This document shows, piece after piece, positions 1 through 9,132 of a DNA stretch of 64,000 bases. Made by a program: the position numbers and the translations under genes. The stretch spans positions 2,400 through 66,399 of the forward strand of contig JAGOQQ010000003.1 of NCBI GenBank assembly GCA_017991395.1, written 5' to 3'. Source of the DNA: Minisyncoccota bacterium. GTDB lineage: Bacteria > Patescibacteriota > Minisyncoccia > Phycocordibacterales > UBA9973. Position 1 is the first letter of the stretch; every line of letters starts with the position of its first letter. Below the pieces are notes generated by a model. It made no database searches. It was given only the letters and a program-made list of their open reading frames with translations, and was not told where the DNA came from.

Positions 1-595
1 CACCAAGAGATTTGAGGCGGATCACATATGGCACGCCATTTTTTATTTTTTCTTCTACTTCTTCGATTGAAAGCTCTCGGTCTTTTGCCCACACACCATA
101 GTAGCCGGGTTTTATCTTGCTTGCTTCTTGTTCTTTACGAATTGCGTCGAGTTCTTCACTTGTCGCAAAGCTTGGATATGCACGCCCAAGAGATACGAGA
201 TGTTTGGCAAATGAATGATAGATATCGATTCGATTGCTTTGCATATACGGACCATAATCGCCTTTTTCCTCACCATCATTAAACACACCTTCATCGGGTG
301 CAAGACCAAATTGTGCGAGTGAATCTACAATTTCATTGACGCCATTGTCCTTTTCTCGATTTTTGTCTGTATCTTCGATACGAAGCATATACACTCCGCC
401 AGACTGACGAGCAAGTCGTTCTGCTGCAACTGCAATATATATTCCTCCAATATGAATAAACCCAGTCGGTGATGGGGCAAAACGTGTGACAAATGCACCT
501 TCTTTGAGACTTCGTTTTGGATACACTGCCTCCCAATCTGAAACTGTTTTTGAGATATTCGGATAGAGAATTTCGGAAAGATTTTTGTAATCCAT
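1..595 (-). CDS. gltX: glutamyl-tRNA synthetase, N-terminal ~198 aa; gene continues past window start
   Basis: Minus-strand frame open from ATG at 593-595 to position 1, missed by the ORF track. Translation MDYKNLSEILYP...FAPSPTGFIHIGG...RIEDTDKNRE has the class I HIGH motif and GluRS N-terminus. The listed ORFs 325..708(-) and 28..282(+) are shadow frames. Confidence 0.85.
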   Translation of the reverse strand, partial: MDYKNLSEILYPNISKTVSDWEAVYPKRSLKEGAFVTRFAPSPTGFIHIGGIYIAVAAERLARQSGGVYMLRIEDTDKNREKDNGVNEIVDSLAQFGLAPDEGVFNDGEEKGDYGPYMQSNRIDIYHSFAKHLVSLGRAYPSFATSEELDAIRKEQEASKIKPGYYGVWAKDRELSIEEVEEKIKNGVPYVIRLKSLG

Positions 596-711
596 AATGT
601 CTTTACAATACCACAATATGGGGACATTTTGAAGATTCGGGCAATTTTCTGGCAAATAAAAAAAGCGTCGAAAATAAATTTTCGACGCTTCACATTGACA
701 CAATACAATTG

Positions 712-1338
712 TTACATTGTTTGCATTTCTTGACGATGTAATAATCGTGGTCTTACAACACTTTCCAGAATCTGCGTATATGCTTCGTTCAAATTGATAT
801 TTGGAATAATATGATCAAACGAATGCTTTTTTGCGTTTTCCATTTCGTACCTTTTAAGACGCTTTTGAATTTCTTCTTCGGTCTCACCACGTTTACGCTC
901 TCTAATTCTCATTTCCTGAACATCACACGGCACATCTAAGAAAATTGGCGTAAAAGAAAATGGCCGGCCAAGCACTATTTCTGCATACTTCCGAATCCGT
1001 TCAGCACCGTTGACCTCAATATCAAGCAAAGGTACTTTTCCATCGCTTAAGATCGTTTCAATCTGCTTCACAGAAGTGCCATAGAGATTTGAATTTACCT
1101 CCTCCCACTCCAGAAATTCATTACGAGCAATCATCTTCTTAAAATGCTTGTGGTCGATAAAAAAGTAGTCAATTTTATGGGTTTCAAATTTGCTTTTTGG
1201 TCTCGTTGTGTGGGACACAGAAAAAGAAAAAATCGTTGGATAATCATTAAGCAATTTTTTTGCCAGGGTCGTCTTTCCACTTCCAGAAGGACCAATTAGT
1301 GCAAATGCTTGAACTGTTGCATTGGGTTCGCTATTCAT
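712..1338 (-). CDS. gmk: guanylate kinase
   Basis: P-loop GPSGSGKTT, then SHTTR and guanylate-kinase-like layout, 208 aa. Confidence 0.85.
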   Translation of the reverse strand: MNSEPNATVQAFALIGPSGSGKTTLAKKLLNDYPTIFSFSVSHTTRPKSKFETHKIDYFFIDHKHFKKMIARNEFLEWEEVNSNLYGTSVKQIETILSDGKVPLLDIEVNGAERIRKYAEIVLGRPFSFTPIFLDVPCDVQEMRIRERKRGETEEEIQKRLKRYEMENAKKHSFDHIIPNINLNEAYTQILESVVRPRLLHRQEMQTM

Positions 1339-1425
1339 TTTTTAATGTGCTTTAGGTTAGATGGAAATTATATCACACATGTTGCTATAGTCAAATATTA
1401 CTTTTTCTGCTAGTATCAAAATGTA

Positions 1426-2631
1426 ATGAAAATACTATCCATAGAAACAAGTTGCGACGAAACAGCGATTTCGATACTTGAAGTAAAAGGTGGCGACAGC
1501 TCGCCTGTTTTTACAATTCTAAGTGACAAACTAGTATCTCAGATAGATATTCACCGAGAGTTTGGTGGTGTTTTCCCTGCTATTGCAAAACGTGAACACG
1601 CAAAAGCAATTTTCCCGCTTTTTATTTCTGCACTCAAAGAATCAAACTTGCTTAACAGTGGCACAACTTCAATCACACAAGAGCACATCGAAACTCTCCA
1701 AAAACTTTTCACTCACGAACAAGAACTGTGTGAATTGTTCATTCAAGAAATTTCAAAAATTGAAAAACCTGATTTGGATTGCATCGCGGTCACCACTGGT
1801 CCTGGACTTGAACCAGCGCTTTGGGTGGGTGTGAATTTTGCGCGTGCACTTTCGTATATTTGGGATATTCCAATTGTTCCTGTGAACCATATGGAAGGTC
1901 ACGTGATGTCTGTGGTGGCACAACAAGAAGGTAATACATTCACAAGTGCGAAGATTGAATTCCCCGCACTTTCACTTCTCGTCTCAGGTGGACACACTGA
2001 GCTTGTGCTCATTCGCGACTGGATGAACTATGAAAAGATCGGGCAAACAAAAGATGATGCTGTGGGTGAAGCATTCGACAAAGTCGCCCGTATCCTCGGG
2101 CTCCCATACCCCGGCGGACCAGAAATTTCAAAGATCACAAAAGTATCTCGCCCACTTCGAAAAGATTCTAGAATATCTCTTCCCCGTCCAATGATTCACT
2201 CAGGTGATTACAATTTTTCATATTCTGGACTCAAGACTGCCGTACTTTATACTGTGCGAGATATTGGTGAACTCACAGAAGATATTAAAAACGAAATCGC
2301 CGTCGAGTTTGAAGATTCCGCAATTGAAGTACTTGTCAAAAAAACAGTTCGCGCTGTTGAAGAATATAATATTCGTACTGTTATGGTGGGTGGTGGTGTC
2401 GCAAACAATTCTCATTTACAAACTGAACTCAAACAAGCTGTCGAAAAATATGATGCTTCTGTTGCGCTCTATTTCCCTCGGGTAGATTTCTCAACTGACA
2501 ACTCATTGATGATCGGCGTGGCAGGATACTATCAATTTTTGAAAAATAATCCTATCTCGCCAGATGGCGAACGGACAAAAAAAGGCACGAACGTCTTTGA
2601 CGTTCGTGCCAATGGAAACTGGTCTCTGTAA
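1426..2631 (+). CDS. tsaD: tRNA N6-adenosine threonylcarbamoyltransferase TsaD (Kae1/YgjD family) with an internal insertion
   Basis: IETSCDETA start, HMEGH metal motif, VSGGHTEL, DDAVGEAFDKVARILGLPYPGGP. 401 aa, longer than typical TsaD. Confidence 0.85.
   Translation: MKILSIETSCDETAISILEVKGGDSSPVFTILSDKLVSQIDIHREFGGVFPAIAKREHAKAIFPLFISALKESNLLNSGTTSITQEHIETLQKLFTHEQELCELFIQEISKIEKPDLDCIAVTTGPGLEPALWVGVNFARALSYIWDIPIVPVNHMEGHVMSVVAQQEGNTFTSAKIEFPALSLLVSGGHTELVLIRDWMNYEKIGQTKDDAVGEAFDKVARILGLPYPGGPEISKITKVSRPLRKDSRISLPRPMIHSGDYNFSYSGLKTAVLYTVRDIGELTEDIKNEIAVEFEDSAIEVLVKKTVRAVEEYNIRTVMVGGGVANNSHLQTELKQAVEKYDASVALYFPRVDFSTDNSLMIGVAGYYQFLKNNPISPDGERTKKGTNVFDVRANGNWSL
2581..2631 (+). repeat. copy 1 of 51-bp module (last 17 codons of tsaD) containing a perfect 12-4-12 palindrome ggcacgaacgtc-tttg-acgttcgtgcc
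   Basis: Direct sequence comparison with 3487..3537: 43/51 identical. The palindrome is maintained in both copies by compensatory changes. Confidence 0.8.
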
Positions 2632-2644
2632 TCCGCGGACTTAA

Positions 2645-2684
2645 CCAAAAAAAATAGACCTCCCAAAAATGGTGAGGTCTATAC
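2645..2684 (-). terminator. rho-independent terminator for lipoprotein gene (hairpin tagacctc/gaggtcta, A-run on plus = U-run on minus)
   Basis: Inverted repeat 2657-2684 preceded by a8 run; lies just 3' of the minus-strand stop at 2688. Confidence 0.55.
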
Positions 2685-2687
2685 GAT

Positions 2688-3404
2688 TTAGCGTAATGCG
2701 GGTGTATATGTCATATCACTGAGATTAAAATAATCACCTGTATAAACACGTACAGTCACTTGTACTCGTTCAACCTCAGACTCTAGTCCTCTAGCAACTT
2801 CAGGACTTATGAGATTTTTGGCATGCATTGCTTTACCTTTGTAAAGAGATAGTCCGAAATATTCGGCTAAATCTATACTAGTTTGATAATCAACATACCG
2901 GTTTATTCCTTGACCCTTACTAATTGTAAAATCAAGTGAAGTATTTCCTAGTCGGGACATTCCTTCAAGGTCGTCTATTGATCCGAACATTCCATTTTGA
3001 CAATATAAAATGATCATTACCGGCTCCTTTTTTCCATCAAAGTAGATTAACGCAACTGGTTCATGTACAATTTTTCCTTCAAAAACTTTTTTGTTTCTGT
3101 CTTCGGCTTGCGCATCAGCACTTCCGTAGTACCAAATGAGTGAGTCAATTCGTGTGCTTTGTGGTATTTGTTCCAGTTTTCTTGCATATAATACCAATCG
3201 ATTTGTAAGCCAGTTGTTTTCTTGAATAATCCTCATCCGATCAGGATTACTTCCCGCGGCTCGAATCATTCCAATTACTTCATTAAGCTTCTCGGTAGGC
3301 GGAACACGAGGGGTAATGTCTGTTGCAAGATTTACTTCTTCATTTTTTGAACAAGAAACAATAAGCACTAAGACAAATAGAACGAGAATGTGTTTTGTTT
3401 TCAT
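2688..3404 (-). CDS. lipoprotein (lipobox LIVSC), function unknown
   Basis: Signal peptide MKTKHILVLFVLVLIVSCS with lipobox Cys; 238 aa; no recognisable enzymatic motif. Confidence 0.6.
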   Translation of the reverse strand: MKTKHILVLFVLVLIVSCSKNEEVNLATDITPRVPPTEKLNEVIGMIRAAGSNPDRMRIIQENNWLTNRLVLYARKLEQIPQSTRIDSLIWYYGSADAQAEDRNKKVFEGKIVHEPVALIYFDGKKEPVMIILYCQNGMFGSIDDLEGMSRLGNTSLDFTISKGQGINRYVDYQTSIDLAEYFGLSLYKGKAMHAKNLISPEVARGLESEVERVQVTVRVYTGDYFNLSDMTYTPALR

Positions 3405-3486
3405 GGGAACAGATATTTAGTTTTTTACATTTAATCACGTATAATAGATAATGTCAATTTACAGCTTTATTACTTTTTAAAATAAA

Positions 3487-3537
3487 AAAGGCGCGAATGT
3501 CTTCGACATTCGCGCCAATGGAAACTGGAGTTTGTAA
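3487..3537 (+). repeat. copy 2 of the tsaD-3'-end module (diverged, palindrome ggcgcgaatgtc-ttcg-acattcgcgcc), intergenic
   Basis: Reads in frame as KGANVFDIRANGNWSL* versus tsaD KGTNVFDVRANGNWSL*. Most substitutions are synonymous, so it is a relic of a diverged tsaD 3' end. Confidence 0.8.
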
Positions 3538-3834
3538 TTAATGAACAAAACTACCGTGAGTCATTTTCAAATCCTGAAAACCCATATCGTACATTCCATG
3601 ACCTTCAAAATTTACAAGAAAAACATGGTCAGTTGTTCCGTTAGAGAAAGGTTCATCAATTTCAACAACCTTTCCACTTGCTCCATCTGGACAAAAAACT
3701 CTTCCGTTTGAAATAACGGTGTCATTCAAACTAATCTTGTTTCCACCAGTAGATGCACAAGATATGATTGTTTTTTTCAGCGGACTAATTTCAATAACGT
3801 AGCCACCTTTACACTCTTTAGTTTTAATTTTCAT
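3538..3834 (-). CDS. hypothetical protein (98 aa)
   Basis: Clean ORF with stop abutting the repeat copy; no recognisable motifs. Confidence 0.45.
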   Translation of the reverse strand: MKIKTKECKGGYVIEISPLKKTIISCASTGGNKISLNDTVISNGRVFCPDGASGKVVEIDEPFSNGTTDHVFLVNFEGHGMYDMGFQDLKMTHGSFVH

Positions 3835-3953
3835 GTTCTTTCTGTATTTATTTAATTAAATTATATACTATTTTTAGTGTTTTGTCAATATATTCAAATT
3901 TCCTACATTCTTCTAACCCAAAACCTGCCTTTTATGCTATATTTTAAATACTT

Positions 3954-6173
3954 ATGTCAGAAGAAAATACATACAAAATTATCCCCGAAAAACTATTGAA
4001 GCCCTACGACCCTGTCGAAACAGAACCGCGAATATACAAAATGTGGGAAGAATCAGGACTTTTTAATCCTGACAAATCTATCGAAGCTGGCTATACAAAA
4101 CCGAACGCAAAACCATACACCATCGTCCTACCTCCTCCAAATGTGACAGGCGTGCTTCATATGGGACACGCAATGATGCTCGCTGTTGAAGATATTATGA
4201 TTCGCTATCATCGAATGAAAGGCGATCGCACTCTTTGGATTCCTGGAACAGACCATGCCGCTATTGCTACTCAATCAAAAGTTGAAAAAGAAATTCAGAA
4301 AAAAGAAGGCAAATCTCGCCACGATCTTGGGCGTGAAGAATTGCTCAAGCGAGTAAATCAATTTGCACAAGAATCTCACGACACTATTATTTCTCAAGTC
4401 AAAGCAATGGGAGCATCTTGTGATTGGTCACGAGAAGCATTTACTCTCGACGAAACTCGCACAAAAGCCGTTCGCACAATGTTCAAAAAAATGTACGATG
4501 ACGGACTCATCTATCGTGGTACTCGCGTTGTAAACTGGGATCCAAAAGGTCAGACGACAATCGCTGATGATGAGATTGTATACGAAGAACGCAAAGCAAA
4601 ACTTTACACATTTAAGTACTCAAAAGAGTTCCCTATTTCTATTTCAACAACTCGCCCAGAAACAAAAGTGGGTGATACTGCTGTTGCGGTACATCCGGAT
4701 GACGCACGTTACAAAGAATTTGTGGGCAAAGAATACGACATGGAATTTTGTGGTGTGCCTATTCATATCAAAATCATTGCAGATGAATCAGTTGAAAAAG
4801 ATTTTGGAACTGGAGCACTCGGTGTGACACCTGCACACTCAATGATAGACGCTGATATTGCACGACGACACAATCTGCCGTCTGTACAAGTAATCAATGA
4901 GTACGCAAAAATGACTATGGGTGACGAAAGAATTCTCGGAAAGAAAACTACTGAAGCTCGCGAAACAATCGTCGAGTGGCTTCGTGGCGAAGGACTTCTC
5001 GAAAGTGAAGAAGAAATTACGCAAAATGTCTCAACAGCAGAACGCACAGGTGGAATCATCGAACCACTTCCGAAGCTTCAATGGTTTATCGATGTAAACA
5101 AAGAATTCACTATTCCCTATTCTGAAATAAAAGGAATTGAAAGTGGATCAAAGACTACGCTCAAACAACTCATGAAAAATGCAGTTGAAAGTAAACAGAT
5201 TTCAATCATTCCTGAATATTTCGAAAAAACTTATTTCTATTGGATCAACAACTTGCGGGATTGGTGTATTTCTCGACAAATTTGGTACGGACACCGAGTA
5301 CCAGTGTGGTATAAAGGTGATGAAATATATACAGGAGTTGATGCACCGGAGGGTGACGACTGGACTCAAGACGAAGACACTCTCGATACATGGTTTTCTT
5401 CTGGATTGTGGACATTTTCAACTCTCGGCTGGCCAGAGAAGACAAAAGATTTTGAAATATACCACCCAACTCAAGTTCTTGAAACTGGATATGATATTTT
5501 GCCTTTCTGGGTAGCGCGTATGATTTTGATGACAACATATGGACTTGGAACTATTCCGTTTGAGGCTGTGTATCTTCATGGGCTTGTAAGAGATCCAAAA
5601 GGTCAGAAAATGTCTAAGTCACTAGGCAATGCAATGGATCCACTCGACATTGCAGCAAAATACGGCGCAGATGCAGGCCGTATGGCACTCGTGATGGGAA
5701 CAGCTCCAGGAACAGACAGTAAAATTTCTGAAGACAAAATCAAAGGGCAAAAACATTTTGCAAACAAAATCTGGAACATCACACGATTTGTTCTTTCATC
5801 TACCCCAGATGAAGTACGTTATGAAAACAAACCAGCACTCACTGCTCGTGATCAAGAAATTTGGAATGAATTTGTAGACATTAGAAAAGATATTACAAAA
5901 GATATCGAAGAATATCGTTTTTATATGGCGAGTGAAAAAGTTTACCACTATGTATGGTCAACATTTGCTGATACAATATTAGAAGAGAGTAAGCCGATTG
6001 TTAAAGATGGAAGTGCCGAAGAAAAATCTTCTCGCGAGTGGCTTTTGTATGCAATACTTCATGACTCTCTTATTACATTGCATCCATTTATGCCGTTTGT
6101 TACCGAAGAACTTTGGTCACTGATTCCAAAATCTCACAATCGTCCGCTCCTTGTCGAGCCATGGGTGATTTAG
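3954..6173 (+). CDS. valS: valyl-tRNA synthetase (short form lacking C-terminal coiled coil)
   Basis: PPPNVTGVLHMGHA (HIGH), KMSKS, editing-domain layout; 739 aa. Confidence 0.85.
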   Translation: MSEENTYKIIPEKLLKPYDPVETEPRIYKMWEESGLFNPDKSIEAGYTKPNAKPYTIVLPPPNVTGVLHMGHAMMLAVEDIMIRYHRMKGDRTLWIPGTDHAAIATQSKVEKEIQKKEGKSRHDLGREELLKRVNQFAQESHDTIISQVKAMGASCDWSREAFTLDETRTKAVRTMFKKMYDDGLIYRGTRVVNWDPKGQTTIADDEIVYEERKAKLYTFKYSKEFPISISTTRPETKVGDTAVAVHPDDARYKEFVGKEYDMEFCGVPIHIKIIADESVEKDFGTGALGVTPAHSMIDADIARRHNLPSVQVINEYAKMTMGDERILGKKTTEARETIVEWLRGEGLLESEEEITQNVSTAERTGGIIEPLPKLQWFIDVNKEFTIPYSEIKGIESGSKTTLKQLMKNAVESKQISIIPEYFEKTYFYWINNLRDWCISRQIWYGHRVPVWYKGDEIYTGVDAPEGDDWTQDEDTLDTWFSSGLWTFSTLGWPEKTKDFEIYHPTQVLETGYDILPFWVARMILMTTYGLGTIPFEAVYLHGLVRDPKGQKMSKSLGNAMDPLDIAAKYGADAGRMALVMGTAPGTDSKISEDKIKGQKHFANKIWNITRFVLSSTPDEVRYENKPALTARDQEIWNEFVDIRKDITKDIEEYRFYMASEKVYHYVWSTFADTILEESKPIVKDGSAEEKSSREWLLYAILHDSLITLHPFMPFVTEELWSLIPKSHNRPLLVEPWVI

Positions 6174-6898
6174 TCAATCATAAAGTTATACTTGTAGCAC
6201 TTGTTGGGGGAATTTTCCCTGCACTTTTTTGGTTGTGGTTTTGGCTCAAAGAGGACAAAGAAAGACCGGAGCCACGCGGACTGATATTTCTCACCTTCCT
6301 ACTCGGAATGGCAACAGTGATATTTGTACTACCATTCCAACAACTCGCACGTACTCACCTCGATAACCAAATGTTTCTTACATTAGTCTGGGCTACCATG
6401 GAAGAAGTGATCAAATATGGAGCAGTTGCACTGGTCGCATTCAAAAGTGCCTATGTAGATGAGCCGATTGATTACCCTATTTATATGATTGCCGCAGCAC
6501 TTGGATTCGCAGCGCTCGAGAATACACTTTTCTTGATTCATCCACTTTCAGTAAATGACACAACTGTCGGACTCCTTACTGGAAATCTTCGATTCCTTGG
6601 TGCGACACTGCTTCATGCAGTAGCGAGTGCAATGGTGGGAATATCTATGGGTCTCGCATTTTATGGCACATGGTTTCAAAAAAAGTTTTATCTCTTTGGT
6701 GGGATACTCACAGCGATCGCATTGCATGCACTCTTTAACTTTTTTATAATGAAGAATGATGGACAAAACTTTTTTAGCGTCTTCGGATTCCTCTGGATTG
6801 TCACGATAATCTGCATACTCTTGTTTGAAAAACTGCGACGTATGAGTGAAGCACTTACCCATGTTAATGTCGAACCAATTGAACCACTACCAAACTAA
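6161..6898 (+). CDS. PrsW-family intramembrane protease-like protein
   Basis: Multi-TM protein with EEVIKY (EExxK), FAALEN (FxxxE) and HALFN (HxxxN) motifs. The ORF opens at 6113; start ATG at 6161 is chosen to limit overlap with valS. Confidence 0.6.
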   Translation: MGDLVNHKVILVALVGGIFPALFWLWFWLKEDKERPEPRGLIFLTFLLGMATVIFVLPFQQLARTHLDNQMFLTLVWATMEEVIKYGAVALVAFKSAYVDEPIDYPIYMIAAALGFAALENTLFLIHPLSVNDTTVGLLTGNLRFLGATLLHAVASAMVGISMGLAFYGTWFQKKFYLFGGILTAIALHALFNFFIMKNDGQNFFSVFGFLWIVTIICILLFEKLRRMSEALTHVNVEPIEPLPN

Positions 6899-6909
6899 TC
6901 TTTAGCACT

Positions 6910-7431
6910 ATGCAAAAAAAACGATCATTTTTCGAAAGACTCACTGGAGGAATACGAATGGAAGACGAATCTCATGATTCTGTTTCGCACGATCAATACG
7001 AAGAAGAACAACATCCTCGTACTATCAGTACACCTGGATCAAAATTCTCAAAAGTAACACCACAAGAAGAACCTCACGGAGCGTGGCAAGAAGAAGACGT
7101 GGGTGGACAACTCGCAGTCGATGTATATCAAACACCGGGAGAAATAATTGTACAGACAATGGTGGCTGGTGTACGACCAGAAGATCTCTCAATCAACATC
7201 ACACGAGACATGATTACAATTCGAGGAAAGCGTGAAGAAAATCGTACAATAAGCGAGGAAAACTATTTTACAAAAGAATTGTACTGGGGCTCATTTTCAC
7301 GTACGATTCTCCTTCCCCAAGAAATCGACCCAGAAAGTACTGAGGCGATAGAAAAGCACGGATTGCTCATCATAAAGCTTCCAAAGCTCGATAAAGGGCG
7401 TCAGACAAGTATCAAGGTGAAATCACTCTAA
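6910..7431 (+). CDS. Hsp20/alpha-crystallin family small heat-shock protein
   Basis: Alpha-crystallin domain: AVDVYQTPGEIIVQTMVAGVRPEDLSINI...FSRTILLPQEID...LLIIKLPK. Confidence 0.8.
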   Translation: MQKKRSFFERLTGGIRMEDESHDSVSHDQYEEEQHPRTISTPGSKFSKVTPQEEPHGAWQEEDVGGQLAVDVYQTPGEIIVQTMVAGVRPEDLSINITRDMITIRGKREENRTISEENYFTKELYWGSFSRTILLPQEIDPESTEAIEKHGLLIIKLPKLDKGRQTSIKVKSL

Positions 7432-7478
7432 TCAACAAATGGGCGACTGCATGCGCCGTCGCCCATTTGTTGATTTTT
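7432..7478. terminator. bidirectional rho-independent terminator (caacaaatgggcgac...gtcgcccatttgttg + T-run)
   Basis: Extended perfect inverted repeat followed by tttgttgattttt. Confidence 0.7.
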
Positions 7479-7505
7479 AACCCAATTTTTGCTATATTTT
7501 AAACC

Positions 7506-7802
7506 GTGGACGACGAACTTAAAAAACTCCTAGAAGAAAACTTGGAACTTTCAAAAGAGAACAATCATCTTTTGAAGAGTGTTCGTGGCTCCCAAAAACG
7601 TGCGGCAATGATGCGCACGCTGTATTGGATTTTGATACTTGGAATGACATTTGGTGCATATTACTACATTCAGCCGTATATTGAACAAATGATGTCTCTG
7701 TATACTGGTGCACAAGACAACGTCAAATCACTTCAAGACTATTTTCCTGAATCAAAAAATGTTCAATCAATAATTGAGCAGTTTGGTGGAAACAAAGAGT
7801 AA
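7506..7802 (+). CDS. small membrane protein, hypothetical (GTG start)
   Basis: 98 aa, one TM helix (LYWILILGMTFGAYYYI); no known motif. Confidence 0.4.
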   Translation: MDDELKKLLEENLELSKENNHLLKSVRGSQKRAAMMRTLYWILILGMTFGAYYYIQPYIEQMMSLYTGAQDNVKSLQDYFPESKNVQSIIEQFGGNKE

Positions 7803-7809
7803 GTAGTAT

Positions 7810-7826
7810 GCTCGGGTAGCTCAGTT
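7810..7826 (+). repeat. truncated 5' fragment (17 nt) of tRNA-Phe, copy 1
   Basis: gctcgggtagctcagtt identical to the tRNA-Phe 5' end, preceded by the same tatg context; the sequence then diverges. Confidence 0.7.
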
Positions 7827-7896
7827 CCCTGCCTTTACAGCAGGATAAAGTCCGAGCGCTCCACCCACCACGTGTGATAAGCGAATTAAATAATAT

Positions 7897-7936
7897 GCTC
7901 GGGTAGCTCAGTTGGTAGAGCGCTCCCCTGAAGAGG
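7897..7936 (+). repeat. truncated 5' half (40 nt, through anticodon loop) of tRNA-Phe, copy 2
   Basis: 40/40 identical to positions 1-40 of the intact tRNA-Phe at 8087, with the same aataatatg upstream context. It then diverges and no 3' half follows. Confidence 0.75.
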
Positions 7937-8086
7937 CGAGGAGCGAATACTTGGAGCTTCGCAAGACCTTTTGAGATAAATTTTAGTTTACGAAAAAATA
8001 TATCCAAAAGGTGTACAGCTTCTGTAAGAAGTAGGGCACCTATCCCTCGTATGATAAAATAGGCACATAAAATAAATAATAAATAT

Positions 8087-8159
8087 GCTCGGGTAGCTCA
8101 GTTGGTAGAGCGCTCCCCTGAAGAGGGATAGGTCACCAGTTCGACCCTGGTCCCGAGCA
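8087..8159 (+). tRNA. tRNA-Phe (anticodon GAA), CCA not encoded
   Basis: Hand-folded cloverleaf: acceptor GCTCGGG/CCCGAGC, D-arm GCTC-AGTTGGTA-GAGC, anticodon loop CTGAAGA, T-arm ACCAG-TTCGACC-CTGGT; 73 nt. Confidence 0.85.
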
Positions 8160-8172
8160 CAGCACAGAATAG

Positions 8173-8217
8173 ACTACACAAACGACGCTTCACTATATGA
8201 AGCGTCGTTTGTGTAGT
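8173..8217 (+). terminator. long perfect hairpin (19-bp stem) downstream of tRNA-Phe
   Basis: actacacaaacgacgcttca / tgaagcgtcgtttgtgtagt inverted repeat. Confidence 0.55.
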
Positions 8218-8239
8218 TGTTTACATATTCAAAAATACA

Positions 8240-9088
8240 ATGTATAGTGAAATTAAATATACAAAAAACAGAAACAATATGGGTAACATGCCAAAAAATC
8301 TTATCCTTGTAAGACATGGGCAGTCTGAGGGTAATGCAGTTCAAAAAGAATTTGAAAATTCAGGTGACGACAGATTCTTTTCTGAAGAGTTTCTCAGTCT
8401 TCATGAGTCCCAATATGCATTAACAGAGCTCGGTATCGAACAAGCCAAAAAAGCCGGACGTTGGCTTATTGAAAACGAGCTAGACTCCTTTGATCGATAC
8501 TATGTATCAAACAATGTAAGAGCGTTGCAAACAGCTGCATATCTCGGATTGAAAAATGCTTCTTGGTACAATGATTTCAATTTGCGTGAACGAGATGGTG
8601 GATTATTTCATACAATTACTCCATCCAAACGAGATGAATCGTATGCAGACCAACAGAAATTCTACAACACTCAGCCTTTTCTCTTTAGGCCACCACAAGG
8701 AGAATCCATTGCGGATGTATGCCAACGTGTTCAAAAAGTACTTGAAACACTTGCTCGAGAATGCGGCGGAAAGAATGTTATTATTGTATGTCATGGACAT
8801 GTCATGAGAACATTCAGAATTGTTCTTGAAAGAATGTCACTTGATAAGGCAAATAAGTACCTATCAGGAACTGAAGAATGGGCACGCGTTCCAAATTGTT
8901 CAATTATTCACTACACACGAGAGGACCCAAGCACAGGATTACTTAATGCGTATTTAAATCATGTGAGAATGATTAGGCCGACAGGAGGTGGACTACCAAT
9001 CGACCAGTGGCAGAAAATTGAACGAGTTAGATTTTCAAATGAAGACTTACTTGAAGAAGCAGAAAGGAACAGAGTAATTACTGCGTAA
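8240..9088 (+). CDS. histidine phosphatase superfamily protein (phosphoglycerate-mutase-like)
   Basis: LILVRHGQSEGN catalytic RHG motif near the N-terminus; the true start may be the MGNMPKN Met at ~8279. Confidence 0.7.
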   Translation: MYSEIKYTKNRNNMGNMPKNLILVRHGQSEGNAVQKEFENSGDDRFFSEEFLSLHESQYALTELGIEQAKKAGRWLIENELDSFDRYYVSNNVRALQTAAYLGLKNASWYNDFNLRERDGGLFHTITPSKRDESYADQQKFYNTQPFLFRPPQGESIADVCQRVQKVLETLARECGGKNVIIVCHGHVMRTFRIVLERMSLDKANKYLSGTEEWARVPNCSIIHYTREDPSTGLLNAYLNHVRMIRPTGGGLPIDQWQKIERVRFSNEDLLEEAERNRVITA

Positions 9089-9091
9089 CAC

Positions 9092-9132
9092 AAAACGTTT
9101 AAAATGACACATGTCATTTTAAACGTTTTTTT
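9092..9132. terminator. rho-independent terminator, 18-bp AT-rich perfect stem + T-run
   Basis: aaaacgtttaaaatgaca-ca-tgtcattttaaacgtttt followed by ttt. Confidence 0.7.

Noticed and set aside
325-708. 127-aa ORF on minus strand (and 28..282 on plus)
   Set aside because: A different minus-strand frame over the same bases encodes a recognisable GluRS N-terminus. These are shadow ORFs with odd, motif-free composition.
7810-7870. Possible ochre-suppressor tRNA (stem-loop cctgc-ctttaca-gcagg with UUA in anticodon position after a tRNA-Phe-like acceptor/D start)
   Set aside because: There is no D-stem closure and no T-arm. The acceptor pairing exists, but the molecule cannot form a cloverleaf, so it is more parsimoniously a truncated tRNA-Phe 5' fragment plus an unrelated hairpin.
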